DNA of 64,000 nt from an uncultured Methanosarcinaceae archaeon (GTDB taxonomy: Archaea; Halobacteriota; Methanosarcinia; Methanosarcinales; Methanosarcinaceae), in NCBI GenBank assembly GCA_963833425.1, contig CAWHXP010000003.1, positions 320,001 to 384,000 on the forward strand, in the 5' to 3' direction. A program made the position numbers and the translations under genes. Under the pieces are notes generated by a model. That model ran no database searches, had not been told where the DNA came from, and saw nothing but the letters and a program-made list of their open reading frames with translations. How positions within the stretch are numbered: the first letter of the stretch is position 1; the number at the start of each line of letters is the position of its first letter. Positions 34,493-44,445 of the stretch are shown in pieces.

Positions 34493-35368
34493 TTAGGCGT
34501 AAGGATCCCGCAGAGCCTTGTTGAATCCGAAAGTCTTGCGCTCCTCGACCGTCTTCCGATTCTTGTCGATCTTTTCCTTCGCGAGCTTCGTGACGAGCTC
34601 GAGGCCGGGCTTGACCCCCTCAATAGGCTTCGTCTCGAACATGCCCGCAGCTACCGCCTTGGACCAGACGTCATTCCCCACCTTAGTGCGAACGAAGACC
34701 GTGGACCAGCCGTCGGGGCTCCCGACCGAGCCGGTCGAGATGTCGGCGAGGTTGGAGACGTAATCGAGACATACGTGGCAGCCAGGCTGCTCGTACTTGT
34801 GAGTCACCTTGAGTGGCAGGGCGACAACTTTACCGCGCTCTGTGTAGACCCAGTACTTGCCCTTCCCGATTTCCATCCTCTTCACGGAGCTAAGGCTCTG
34901 GCCCGCATGATCCTCAACAATGGTCTGCATGGACTTGTACGGGAAGTTCTCCATGCAGAAGAGCCCTACGGCAAGGGCGATCTTGTCCGGGACATCCCGC
35001 AAGTTGATGGGATAGAGTTGAGCCTTCCTGACCGCCTGCATCTGGCAGCAGACGCCTGTGACCCCGACCTTGTCGAGGCCGAAGGACCGAGTAGCCTCCT
35101 TGAGCCAGGAAATCTGGGGGCTGATGTTGTATTTCGTCCCTCGTGCCTTGAGGATGTCCTCGCGACTCATCGCGACAAACGGCCTGGGCTGCCAGGGCCG
35201 GTCGCCCTCGCCTGCCACAATGGCCCCGTCGATGATACCCTGCTCTAGGCCATAGACTATGAGTGTGGTGGCAATGCCGCCGTCCTGTGCCTTCTGTAGG
35301 ATCTCCTTGTCCGTGCTCCGTGCCGAGACGCATGTCGTGTATTTGCCGAGATATGGATCTGCAACCAT
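34493..35368 (-). CDS. frhB: F420-reducing hydrogenase beta subunit
   Basis: AQDGG, GTKY, GVCCQ, GLFCMENF, GCHVCLDY, DISTGSVGSPDGWSTV; gaggtga RBS. Confidence 0.96.
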   Translation of the reverse strand: MVADPYLGKYTTCVSARSTDKEILQKAQDGGIATTLIVYGLEQGIIDGAIVAGEGDRPWQPRPFVAMSREDILKARGTKYNISPQISWLKEATRSFGLDKVGVTGVCCQMQAVRKAQLYPINLRDVPDKIALAVGLFCMENFPYKSMQTIVEDHAGQSLSSVKRMEIGKGKYWVYTERGKVVALPLKVTHKYEQPGCHVCLDYVSNLADISTGSVGSPDGWSTVFVRTKVGNDVWSKAVAAGMFETKPIEGVKPGLELVTKLAKEKIDKNRKTVEERKTFGFNKALRDPYA

Positions 35369-35378
35369 TTTTCTCACC

Positions 35379-36140
35379 TCACTTGAGCGCTTCAGCGATG
35401 ATCTCGCTGATGCACTCGAATTCAGGAATCACATCGAAGTTGAAGAACGACCGTGGGCAGGCACCGTAGCAGGAACCACACTTGATGCAGAGGTCACGCT
35501 GACCCTGCGGCTTCCCGAATTCGTGTGTAATCGCCCGCACTGGGCAGGATGCAGCGCAAGTGCCGCAGCCTATGCAAAGGCCCTGGTTGATAACGTCATT
35601 CATCAGGTCGCAGAAACATGCAGTTGTGCCGCGCTTCGCAAGGTCCATGAGAGGTTTTAAGTACTTGCCCGCAAGGACCTTCTGGTCTGCGTCCCCCTGC
35701 ATGAGCAGGTATGACATGACGGTGACGTTCCTTATGAGCTCCGGGCTCGGGGGGCATCCGGGGATATAGACATCCACGTCGATGAGATTCCCGATGGGGA
35801 GGAAGGACTCGTGCTGGGGCTGATTGTGCTGCCCACCACGGCAGAACCGGGTGATGTTCCCGTAACTCGCACAGGAGCCGAGGGCCACAACGACCTTGGA
35901 CTTCTTCCGCGTCTCCTTGATCTCCTCAACCGATTCATGGTCCTGGATGCAGACCGATCCCTCGACGAGCGCCACGTCCATCTCTGGGATCTGCCGGACG
36001 TCTGCGAGCGTGAGGCAATATACGAGGTCGGCGTAGTCGTCCAGAATCTTTATGAGTCCCAAGTAATTGTCGGCCACGGACACGAGGCAGCCGGTACAGC
36101 CGCTCATGTGTACATGCCCAAGCTTGATCTTGTTTGCCAC
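35379..36140 (-). CDS. frhG: F420-reducing hydrogenase gamma (Fe-S) subunit
   Basis: SGCTGC, GSCASYG, PGCPP, two CxxCxxC ferredoxin motifs; GTG start behind aaggagg (the frame extends further upstream). Confidence 0.95.
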   Translation of the reverse strand: MANKIKLGHVHMSGCTGCLVSVADNYLGLIKILDDYADLVYCLTLADVRQIPEMDVALVEGSVCIQDHESVEEIKETRKKSKVVVALGSCASYGNITRFCRGGQHNQPQHESFLPIGNLIDVDVYIPGCPPSPELIRNVTVMSYLLMQGDADQKVLAGKYLKPLMDLAKRGTTACFCDLMNDVINQGLCIGCGTCAASCPVRAITHEFGKPQGQRDLCIKCGSCYGACPRSFFNFDVIPEFECISEIIAEALK

Positions 36141-36228
36141 TGGTTTCGCCTCCTTTATAGCTTCCACCTTATTCTCCGTCTCAACCGGAGCGGGCTTGGC
36201 TTCCCCGCCCATGGATTTCTTGATGGAG

Positions 36229-36702
36229 TTAAGCAGTCCAATAGTTCATACCGATTTCCTTCAATATCTCGGATACAGCTCCGGGAATAGCTCTCTGTAC
36301 CTCGTCTGTAATCCCGATGACCATCTCTGGGGCAGAAACGTACTTCTTTTGACATGCAAGGACCCGGATCCGGATATCATCCTTGATGCGCTGGAGCGGC
36401 TCGGTCAGATCCCAGGAATGCGCGTCCCGGTAGCTCCCCACAGGGAGCTCGTCAACGGTGAGCCATCTGAGAGCGCCGGGTTCTCCCCCGAAGTCCGCGA
36501 TGTCCACGATGATAAGAGTCTTCGTGGACTCGGAATTAAGGAGGGTAAAGATGAAATGTGGACCCCCTAGACCCGCGTCAACGACTGTAACGTTTTCGGG
36601 GAGTTCAAGGCCCTTGAGACTCTCCACTACTGCAGGTCCGAACCCATCATCCGCATATAGCGGATTGCCGCAGCCTGCCACCACAATTTCGGAGTATAGC
36701 AT
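36229..36702 (-). CDS. frhD: hydrogenase maturation endopeptidase
   Basis: IVVAGCGNPLYADDGFG, DAGLGG, IIVDIADFG, DAHS. Confidence 0.95.
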   Translation of the reverse strand: MLYSEIVVAGCGNPLYADDGFGPAVVESLKGLELPENVTVVDAGLGGPHFIFTLLNSESTKTLIIVDIADFGGEPGALRWLTVDELPVGSYRDAHSWDLTEPLQRIKDDIRIRVLACQKKYVSAPEMVIGITDEVQRAIPGAVSEILKEIGMNYWTA

Positions 36703-36713
36703 TTCCATTCCCT

Positions 36714-38081
36714 TCACTCGATGAGCTTCTGAGCGACTATCTTGTTCTCCTCGTCCACCACGATCATATGGGTTGCGCACGAGACGCATGGGTCATAGGC
36801 CCGAATGACCATTTCGGCGATCTGCCAGGGTGCTCCCGTCAGACTGCGGCTGCATGTTGGGAGGTTCCACGTTGTAGGCACAAGCATCTCGTACCACAGA
36901 ACCCGACCGTCCTTCACCCGTGCGATGTGGACATCAGTACCGCGCGGTGCCTCGTTCGCGGCCCAGCCCATGGACCCATCTCCCTGGGGGATGGTGTCCG
37001 CGAGAACCTTGCCCGAGGTATCCAGGTTGTCAAGGCACTTGAGGATGGAGTAGCAGCAGTCGGGGTACTCCAACTGCCTGGCGATGTGCTGGGCGAAGGT
37101 GCCCTTCTCAGTGAAGCTCTTGAAGGTTGCGAGCCTTGCCCTCGGGCCGACTTCTACCGGCTGGCCATCGTAGATCGGAACACCGGTACAGGCCTCCATC
37201 TGGGGGTTGGCCTTGGTGCCGACCTTCGTGGTGCCGCCGGTTGGATAGTTTGGATCCTCTAGATCAATGGTTACCTCATCCATGTACCAGTCCCATGGCC
37301 GAGTCTCCGTCCACCTGGCGAAGTCCCACATGGGATTCTCGTCCAGACTGGAGGAGCCGTACATTGGGGATGTAGCCATGACCCCCTGGTCATGGTACCC
37401 GAGCATCTTGGGAATCGGGATCTTCTTGCCCGCGACATCGGTGAATTCCCGGTTTTGCATGTTCTTGATGACCGCGAGCATGAACTCCATTTGCTCGTGG
37501 GCAAGGACGAGGCCTTCCTTCGCAAGGTCGGCCATTTTCTGCTTTGCCAGGTGGCTTACGTTGCGGTACATCCCGCCGACCCTCGGGTTAGAAGGGTGGA
37601 TAGCCTCTCCGCCTGCGATGGCTCCAATGGTCTGTCCGATCTCGCGGATGCGGATGATCCTCGCTGCAACGCTCCTGACAGACTGCTCCTTGCTGAACGG
37701 GTTGATCTTCGTCTCCGTCCCCGGTATGTAAAAGTCAGGGAGGATAAGGATGTTGTGCAGGGCGATGCTGTGGAGGCGGTTCGCAGCATGGAGAATGACC
37801 CGCAGGAGCTTTGCATCCGTTGGGATCTCGCAGCCGACAGAGGCCTCCATGGACTCGATGCCCGCCAAACAGTGGGCGATGGGACATATACCGCAGACCC
37901 GAGAAGCGATCTTCGGGACCTGGTCCATCGTCTTACCTATGGCGAGCTTCTCAATACCCCTAACCGGTGTGATGGAGAGCCAGTCTCCTCGCTCGACGAT
38001 GCCCTGATCATTCACCTTCAGGGTGAGCTTGGAGTGGCCTTCGTGTCTCGTGGTTGGAGAGATCTCTACAACTTTCGACAA
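36714..38081 (-). CDS. frhA: F420-reducing [NiFe]-hydrogenase large subunit (group 3a)
   Basis: TRHEGH, RVCGICPIAH, APRG, YDPCVSCATH plus a cleavable C-terminal tail; TTG start. Confidence 0.97.
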   Translation of the reverse strand: MSKVVEISPTTRHEGHSKLTLKVNDQGIVERGDWLSITPVRGIEKLAIGKTMDQVPKIASRVCGICPIAHCLAGIESMEASVGCEIPTDAKLLRVILHAANRLHSIALHNILILPDFYIPGTETKINPFSKEQSVRSVAARIIRIREIGQTIGAIAGGEAIHPSNPRVGGMYRNVSHLAKQKMADLAKEGLVLAHEQMEFMLAVIKNMQNREFTDVAGKKIPIPKMLGYHDQGVMATSPMYGSSSLDENPMWDFARWTETRPWDWYMDEVTIDLEDPNYPTGGTTKVGTKANPQMEACTGVPIYDGQPVEVGPRARLATFKSFTEKGTFAQHIARQLEYPDCCYSILKCLDNLDTSGKVLADTIPQGDGSMGWAANEAPRGTDVHIARVKDGRVLWYEMLVPTTWNLPTCSRSLTGAPWQIAEMVIRAYDPCVSCATHMIVVDEENKIVAQKLIE

Positions 38082-38723
38082 TAGTATCGCCTCGTTTTCG
38101 ATTCGGTGTTCTTCAGGCTGTACCGTGGTTAATGCACTCTGTGCGATTAATCTAATGATAGTTACCCGTACGTAAAGTACGTTAACCCCTTACTTTCTCC
38201 AGCGCGTTAGTTATAGTTTTCGTTTTGGAACCAACGTCAGTTTTTGGAATATACGAATGGAAAAAAATGTACAATTCGAAGCGAGAGAAGTCTTGTGACT
38301 TGGAGAACATTCCGTCTTTGGAACCCGGCCCTGAAAGATCTGATTTTTCAGCCTCCTCCGAAATAGAGCTTCGTGGGTTCTTTCCGGAGAATAAGGTGTT
38401 TCATAGCTATGACTAAAATGAAATAGATTCTAAAAGAAATAAAAATACAAAAAAATTTTGATCGATTTAAATTTGACCATGTAGATGTTAGTAGGAGCGT
38501 ATATCTTTCAAAGAGCGTAAATAAGACAAAGGTTATCCTAGAATATTAGTAATTTTTTGAGAAATCAATAGTATTAAAATTTTTACACTAATCTACATTC
38601 AAGCGAAATATATTATTTTTATCGATACTTTGAAATATTTGAAATATTAAAGTTTTCAGCTAACTTCGAACCTTAAAATTATCCATATTCCTTAGACTTA
38701 ACAGAACCGTACTAAAACTATTG

Positions 38724-38840
38724 TAGGACTTACGCGGTTGAGCTAATAAATGATAACAATAGACCTTTAGACTGTCCAAAACATAATGTTTATGATAAAC
38801 TTGCTCGTCTTGAATTTGGTCTTTAAGTGCGTCAGTCCCA
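38724..38840. mobile_element. MITE family B copy
   Basis: taggacttacgcggttgag ... aagtgcgtcagtccca. Confidence 0.7.
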
Positions 38841-39363
38841 TATTGTTAACTATACAGCACTGCGAGCATTAAGTACGGATAATTTATTATATAACATAAA
38901 GCTAATTTTACAAATGTTCACTGGAATTAAAGAATCTGAATAGACCTATACTGATAAATTAGAAAGCATGTAATGTGGTTTACTTTGTGCCCATGGGTAA
39001 TTGTAGTTTGAAAAGGATATTAAAAACAGACAAATTTCGTTGTTCATAATCATTTTGCACCTTAGTGGATTATATAAAACAAGAGAATAATTCTAGACAA
39101 GAGTTCGTAGAATCTTCTCGGATTAAGTCTTGTATAGCTAGCTTCCAACCTACCAAATTGTCTATCCCCAAAGACTTACGATCTGGTTTTACAGTATATA
39201 CATTTATATAGAGATTCTATTTGCCAACGATGAATTAAAATTTAGTTATTACCTAAAAAATTGAAATTATAATAAAACAATAGCTACAGACAACATTCAA
39301 AGAAAAAGATATGTTCATGAAAACATAATCAATATCTAGCATCTAATATTCGAGGTGACTAGT

Positions 39364-39641
39364 ATAGCTGGTGCGAGAAATTTTGTTTTATGAACCGAAT
39401 ACGGCAATAAGAGTGGTTTTTCCACTAGAAAACATCTCTTCAGGCTGCACTAAAAGCTGCAAACAGGAGCAAAGGGACAAAATCCAAACGGGAAATTATC
39501 CGCCTCAGGAAATGCGGAACAAAGAAGGTACACATTTGCAGAGCATGAAAACAAATTGTAAAAGCTCCCGAAAAGAGGCCGAGCTGGTGCCAGAGAAAAT
39601 TAGCAAACCCTTTGTCAAAAAAAATCGAAATAATCGAATAA
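39364..39641 (+). pseudogene. chromosomal protein MC1 pseudogene
   Basis: gaggtga RBS, ATA instead of ATG, RNFVL*..QAALKAANR.KGTK..IIRLR..GTKKVH..A*K..VKAP..RPSW / PEKISKPFVKK. Confidence 0.9.
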
Positions 39642-40415
39642 AAAGAAGTAAAAGCTTAATACAATAAAAAGAAGTAGTAGAGTATTAAGGACTTCTATTA
39701 TATTGCACCTGCTCTAATTTATCCAGAAAGTTGTGTGTGGCGTAGGTACTATATAAATCAAAAAATAAATGTATTGTAGTATGTAGTACTACACAAAATA
39801 CTAAATTTGTTGATAACTAAATTATTATCTACTTCTCAAAGTTTAAAGTAAATTATAAAATAACAAAATTAATTTCTTGATGACTTCTTAATATTTTCAA
39901 AAATTTGTCTAAAATTAACCATTAAAAACCAAAATCAATGAAATGAACCACAAAATAATATTTTGTATAATATTCACTTTAGTATAACTGATATAATATA
40001 ACTTTCCCTTTAATATACTCTTCATAAACTTATTAATTAAAGAATAGATATTAAGAAGTAAAATGAACAAATGTAGCCTTTATTCATACACTTTACTACA
40101 TTCTGACTAGTAGAAAAATATTTTAAGTATGAAATAAATTAGATGTTTAAGTCACTCGTTTTAATTACTTATGAGTTCAAGCATGCATAAGATCTAAGCT
40201 GGGGGTGATCTAAAAAAGATGGATTACAGTTCTTTAAGGTCAGATTTCCATAAACTATACAGGACCTAAAGAGAAATATTTTTGTTCGTACCGTTAATCT
40301 GGAGGCATGAAGCAAAAACCGGGAATTTGAATAATTTTTTTTCAAGTTGGAAAGCTAAATTTTAGAAAATATGATTCTACTTTTGGTATTTCAAGATGAT
40401 TATATAGAAATTATT

Positions 40416-40504
40416 GAGAGTTTCGATGAACATCTTATTTTCACGAGTCATTTACATGCCATTTACAAGCATATGACAAAATTTAGGGATTTATGTAAAT
40501 CCAC
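40416..40504 (-). mobile_element. MITE family A copy
   Basis: gagagtttcgatgaac..ttttcacgagtcattt..aagcatatgacaaaatttagggatttat. Confidence 0.8.
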
Positions 40505-40758
40505 TATCGATGGCGAAATTCCTTTTCAACAACTTGGGGCCAGAATTATAAATATGAATAAACTGATAGCAAATACCAACATACCCGTATTACTGTACAT
40601 TTAGAGAGAATAAATAAATTACATATCATCGATCACATGATAATTACCGCGTTAACCGCAGGAATGAAAACATGCTTGAGAAATTGGTCTTAATAAACAA
40701 AGGAAGCTACACATTGAACAACATATAAAAAATAACGTAAAAAAGCTGGTAGAACCGA

Positions 40759-40920
40759 ATGAAAATTAATGATAACTGTGTAGGATGCGGACAGTGTGTT
40801 TCTTTTTGCGATCAGGGAGCAATAGAGGTAAAAGGAAAAGCAAAAGCAACTTCTGCCTGTATAGGATGTGAGACATGTTTTTGGTACTGCCCGGTTAAAG
40901 CAATAGAGGTATCGATGTGA
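40759..40920 (+). CDS. 2[4Fe-4S] ferredoxin (53 aa, below the ORF-track cutoff)
   Basis: MKINDNCVGCGQCVSFC..AI..CIGCETCFWYCPVKAIEVSM; stop overlaps the GTG of the next gene. Confidence 0.9.
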   Translation: MKINDNCVGCGQCVSFCDQGAIEVKGKAKATSACIGCETCFWYCPVKAIEVSM

Positions 40921-42194
40921 AAGCAATTATTATTGGCGCCGGTTTAGGAGGGCTCTTAAGTGCCGCCAAACTTTCGCAGGTAGGATACCAAGTAGAAGTT
41001 TTTGAGAGACTTCAAATCATTGGAGGGAGATTTACAAATCTCAATTACAGAGGCTTCCAGCTTTCCAGCGGAGCTTTACACACACTTCCTCATGGACCCA
41101 CAGGTCCTCTAGCCCAATTTTTAAATGAAGTAAATGCTGATGTGCAGATTATTCGATCAGACCAGCCAACCATACGCATGCCTCTAGAAAAAAGTAATCC
41201 TAATTACAGAAAAGGCTTCAAGGACATTTATTTCAACGAATTTTTCATACCTCTTTCCAACAAAGACCGCCTGAAAATTGCTCTCCTTATCGTGAGTACA
41301 AGAAAAAACCGCCCTACAGGAAGCAATTTGAATGCATGGATCAGAAATCAATTTAAGGATGAATGGCTTTTGAGATTTGCAGACTCCTTCTGCGGCTGGT
41401 CCCTTAGCCTGAAAAGTGACAGTGTCCCCTTGGAAGAATATTTTGAAATGATTGAAAACATGTATAAATTTGGTGGCCCAGGCGTCCCGATTGGAGGCTG
41501 CAAAGGAATTATAGATGCCTTAGAATCTGTAATTGTTGCAAATGGTGGGAAGATTTATGATAAGACCGAAGTATCGAAAATTCTTATGAAAAACGGAAGA
41601 ACAGCAGGTATTATTGCTGGAGACAGAGTATATGAAGCAAATCTGATCATCAGTAATCTTGGGCATGCAGCAACTGCCTTTCTTTGTAGTGAATCTCTGC
41701 TAGATAAAACATACTCCGACTACCTCAAAATGCTTGAGATCCTAAAGCCCTCTGCTGGAATAAAAATTTGCCTTGCAGCAGATGAGCCTTTAATAGGGCA
41801 TTCCGGGATCTTGCTAACTCCATATGCAAAAAGGGTAAATGGAATTAATGAAGTTACGCATATTGACCCAAACTTGGCTCCACCTGGCAAACACCTTACA
41901 ATGACCCACCAGCAAACAGCCCCTGAGAATCTGAAAAATCTAAGTGTTGAAATCGAATTAGGTCTTGAAGATCTTAAAGAAATATTCCCAGGCAAAAAAT
42001 ATGAAGTTTTACTCATTCAATCATATCATGACGATTGGCCTGTGAATAGGGTAGCCTCAGGTATGGATCCAGGCAATGAGACCCCGATTACTGGACTTTA
42101 CGTAGTAGGAGATGGCGCAAAAGGTAAAGGAGGCATCGAAGTCGAAGGAGTGGCATTAGGAGTAGCCGCAACCATGAAGAAAATACTCTGCTAA
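40917..42194 (+). CDS. phytoene desaturase-like FAD oxidoreductase
   Basis: IIGAGLGGL..E....IGGR, SSGALH, LYVVGDG. Confidence 0.88.
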   Translation: MKAIIIGAGLGGLLSAAKLSQVGYQVEVFERLQIIGGRFTNLNYRGFQLSSGALHTLPHGPTGPLAQFLNEVNADVQIIRSDQPTIRMPLEKSNPNYRKGFKDIYFNEFFIPLSNKDRLKIALLIVSTRKNRPTGSNLNAWIRNQFKDEWLLRFADSFCGWSLSLKSDSVPLEEYFEMIENMYKFGGPGVPIGGCKGIIDALESVIVANGGKIYDKTEVSKILMKNGRTAGIIAGDRVYEANLIISNLGHAATAFLCSESLLDKTYSDYLKMLEILKPSAGIKICLAADEPLIGHSGILLTPYAKRVNGINEVTHIDPNLAPPGKHLTMTHQQTAPENLKNLSVEIELGLEDLKEIFPGKKYEVLLIQSYHDDWPVNRVASGMDPGNETPITGLYVVGDGAKGKGGIEVEGVALGVAATMKKILC

Positions 42195-42230
42195 ATTTAA
42201 GGATGAAACAAATTCAACAGGTGTTTTACC

Positions 42231-43256
42231 ATTCAAACAAAAAAATCCTACCTCGTTACCTACACAAAAAATGTTTTCATTCCTGTAACCAATATGTGCA
42301 GAAACTGCTGTGCATACTGTGGCTTCAAACGAGAACCAGGACAATCAGACGCCAGACTAATGAGACCCGAAGAAATTATTCTTATCCTAGAACGTGGGGT
42401 AAAAGCAGGGTGTACTGAGGCTCTTTTTACTTTTGGGGAGTATGCAGATGAGGTACCAGGGTACGGAAAATTGCTTAAAAAACTCGGTTATTCCTCCACG
42501 TTGGAATACTTACTCTTTCTTTGTGAAACGGCAATAAATATAGGTATTCTTCCACATACGAATGCGGGGATTATGAACCGCTCGGAACTTAAGACATTAA
42601 AACCTCTGAATGCTAGCATGGGGCTGATGCTTGAGAGTATGGCAACCCTTGATGCCCATGAAAACTGTTGTGGAAAAGTGCCAGAACGCAGGCTTCATAC
42701 AATCCGAGAAGCCGGAAAACTGCGAATTCCCTATACTACTGGCCTCCTAGTAGGGATCGGAGAAAAGCGGGAGGACAGAATTAAATCGCTAGAGGTTATT
42801 GCAGATCTTCACAGGGAATATGAGCATATCCAAGAAGTCATTATCCAGAACTTTGTCCCAAAACCAGGGACACCCATGGAAAACTTTCCAGAGCCTACAA
42901 TCGAAGAAATTATTGATACGGTGTTCCTTGCCAGGCAGATACTTCCACCTGCTATAGCAGTTCAGGTGGCTCCAAACCTCATTGATCCAAAATCCCTTAT
43001 CGAAAAAGGGGCAACGGATCTAGGAGGCATATCTCCTTTAACCATAGACTGGATCAACCCTGAAGCCAAATGGCCGGGATTAGATGACCTACAAGATAAG
43101 CTGGGGAACATTCTGCTAAGGGAACGCTTACCAATTTATCCACAGTACATAAAAAAAAGATGGTACTCAAAAAGGATAGGAAAGTTGATCGGACAACTGT
43201 CGGACACGCAAGGTTACCGAAAAGAATCCTTAACAAATAGCCTGGAGAGGAATTAA
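42231..43256 (+). CDS. cofG: FO synthase subunit CofG
   Basis: VTYTKNVFIPVTNMCRNCCAYCGF, PHTNAG, SMGLMLE, QEVIIQNF, DLGGISP; start inferred at ATT after AGGTG. Confidence 0.9.
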   Translation: MQTKKSYLVTYTKNVFIPVTNMCRNCCAYCGFKREPGQSDARLMRPEEIILILERGVKAGCTEALFTFGEYADEVPGYGKLLKKLGYSSTLEYLLFLCETAINIGILPHTNAGIMNRSELKTLKPLNASMGLMLESMATLDAHENCCGKVPERRLHTIREAGKLRIPYTTGLLVGIGEKREDRIKSLEVIADLHREYEHIQEVIIQNFVPKPGTPMENFPEPTIEEIIDTVFLARQILPPAIAVQVAPNLIDPKSLIEKGATDLGGISPLTIDWINPEAKWPGLDDLQDKLGNILLRERLPIYPQYIKKRWYSKRIGKLIGQLSDTQGYRKESLTNSLERN

Positions 43257-43259
43257 AAA

Positions 43260-44411
43260 ATGAACAACAAAATTCCAGAAGATCTCATAGAACGTGTATA
43301 TCAGGGAAAGAGCACAAAAGAAGATGCACTTCTTCTCCTTAAAGCACCTCACTTAGAACTCTTCATGTTTGCGGACGAACTTCGCTCTCATACTGTAGGA
43401 GATACAGTTACCTACGTAGTAAACAGGAACATCAATTTTGCCAGCAAATGTTTGGGAACGTGTGGATTCTGCGCTTTTAAAAACAAGAATGGATATGTCC
43501 TCACCATTGAAGAGATTATGGCAAAGGTTAGAGAAGCAAAGCAGGCTAATGCGACTGAAGTTTGTATCCAGGGAGGACTCCTTCCTGATCTAGGCATCGA
43601 CTTTTACCTCGAGATCGCAGAATCCATAAAAGCTGAATATCCAGAAATGCACATTCATTCTTTTTCACCAATGGAAGTGCACCATGCCGCCCGCATCAGT
43701 GAAATTACGGTAAAAGAAGCCCTTTCCAGACTAAATAAAAGTGGTCTCGACACTATGCCTGGGACTGCAGCAGAAATACTTTCTGAAAGGGTGCGGAAGA
43801 TTATCTGTCCCACTAAACTTGGAACAAGAGAATGGATCGAAGTGATCAAGCAAGCGCACGCTGCAGAAATTCCTACTACTGCAACAATGATGTACGGACA
43901 TATTGAAACTCCTGAGGAAAGAATAGAACATATACTGATCATCAGGGATATTCAGAAAGAAACAGGCAGGATTACAGAATTTGTTCCCCTACCATTCATG
44001 CCCTATAACAATCCATTGGGGAAGAAATTAATGGAAGAAGGCAGATATGCCACCTCAGGCCTTGAAGATTTAAAAACGTATGCTATTTCTCGAATCCTCT
44101 TAAATGGGCACGTGGATAATATCCAGGCAAGTTGGGTAAAGTTAGGGAAAAAACTTGCCCAATTTGCTCTTTGCTGCGGAGCTAATGACCTGGGTGGTAC
44201 CCTCATGGAAGAGAATATTTCAAAATCTGCAGGAGCCTCTAACGGAGAACGGATCTCAAGAGAAGAACTTGAATGGATGATACACGAAGCTGGCAGGATT
44301 CCAAAAGAGAGGACTACATTATACAGGGGAGTTCATGAACTGGCTTTGGCAAATCAAAAAAATGCCAAGTTGTCGAATCTCAGAATGAGCTCATCTATCG
44401 GGAATAAATAG
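43260..44411 (+). CDS. cofH: FO synthase subunit CofH
   Basis: VTYVVNRNINF..CxxxCxxC, MPGTAAEIL, TATMMYGH, NIQASWVKLG, GANDLGGTLMEE. Confidence 0.95.
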   Translation: MNNKIPEDLIERVYQGKSTKEDALLLLKAPHLELFMFADELRSHTVGDTVTYVVNRNINFASKCLGTCGFCAFKNKNGYVLTIEEIMAKVREAKQANATEVCIQGGLLPDLGIDFYLEIAESIKAEYPEMHIHSFSPMEVHHAARISEITVKEALSRLNKSGLDTMPGTAAEILSERVRKIICPTKLGTREWIEVIKQAHAAEIPTTATMMYGHIETPEERIEHILIIRDIQKETGRITEFVPLPFMPYNNPLGKKLMEEGRYATSGLEDLKTYAISRILLNGHVDNIQASWVKLGKKLAQFALCCGANDLGGTLMEENISKSAGASNGERISREELEWMIHEAGRIPKERTTLYRGVHELALANQKNAKLSNLRMSSSIGNK

Positions 44412-44445
44412 AAAGTCATCGACTAAAACAGGAATGAGCATAATG

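Noticed and set aside
36714..36800. Selenocysteine or pyrrolysine recoding in FrhA
   Set aside because: The C-terminal motif is DPCVSC with ordinary Cys codons; no in-frame TGA or TAG
34518..38084. Numerous long + strand and alternate-frame ORFs over frh
   Set aside because: Shadows of GC-rich codon usage in frhADGB; no motifs of their own
39371..39667. 98-aa ORF in the track
   Set aside because: Mostly an out-of-frame reading of the MC1 pseudogene
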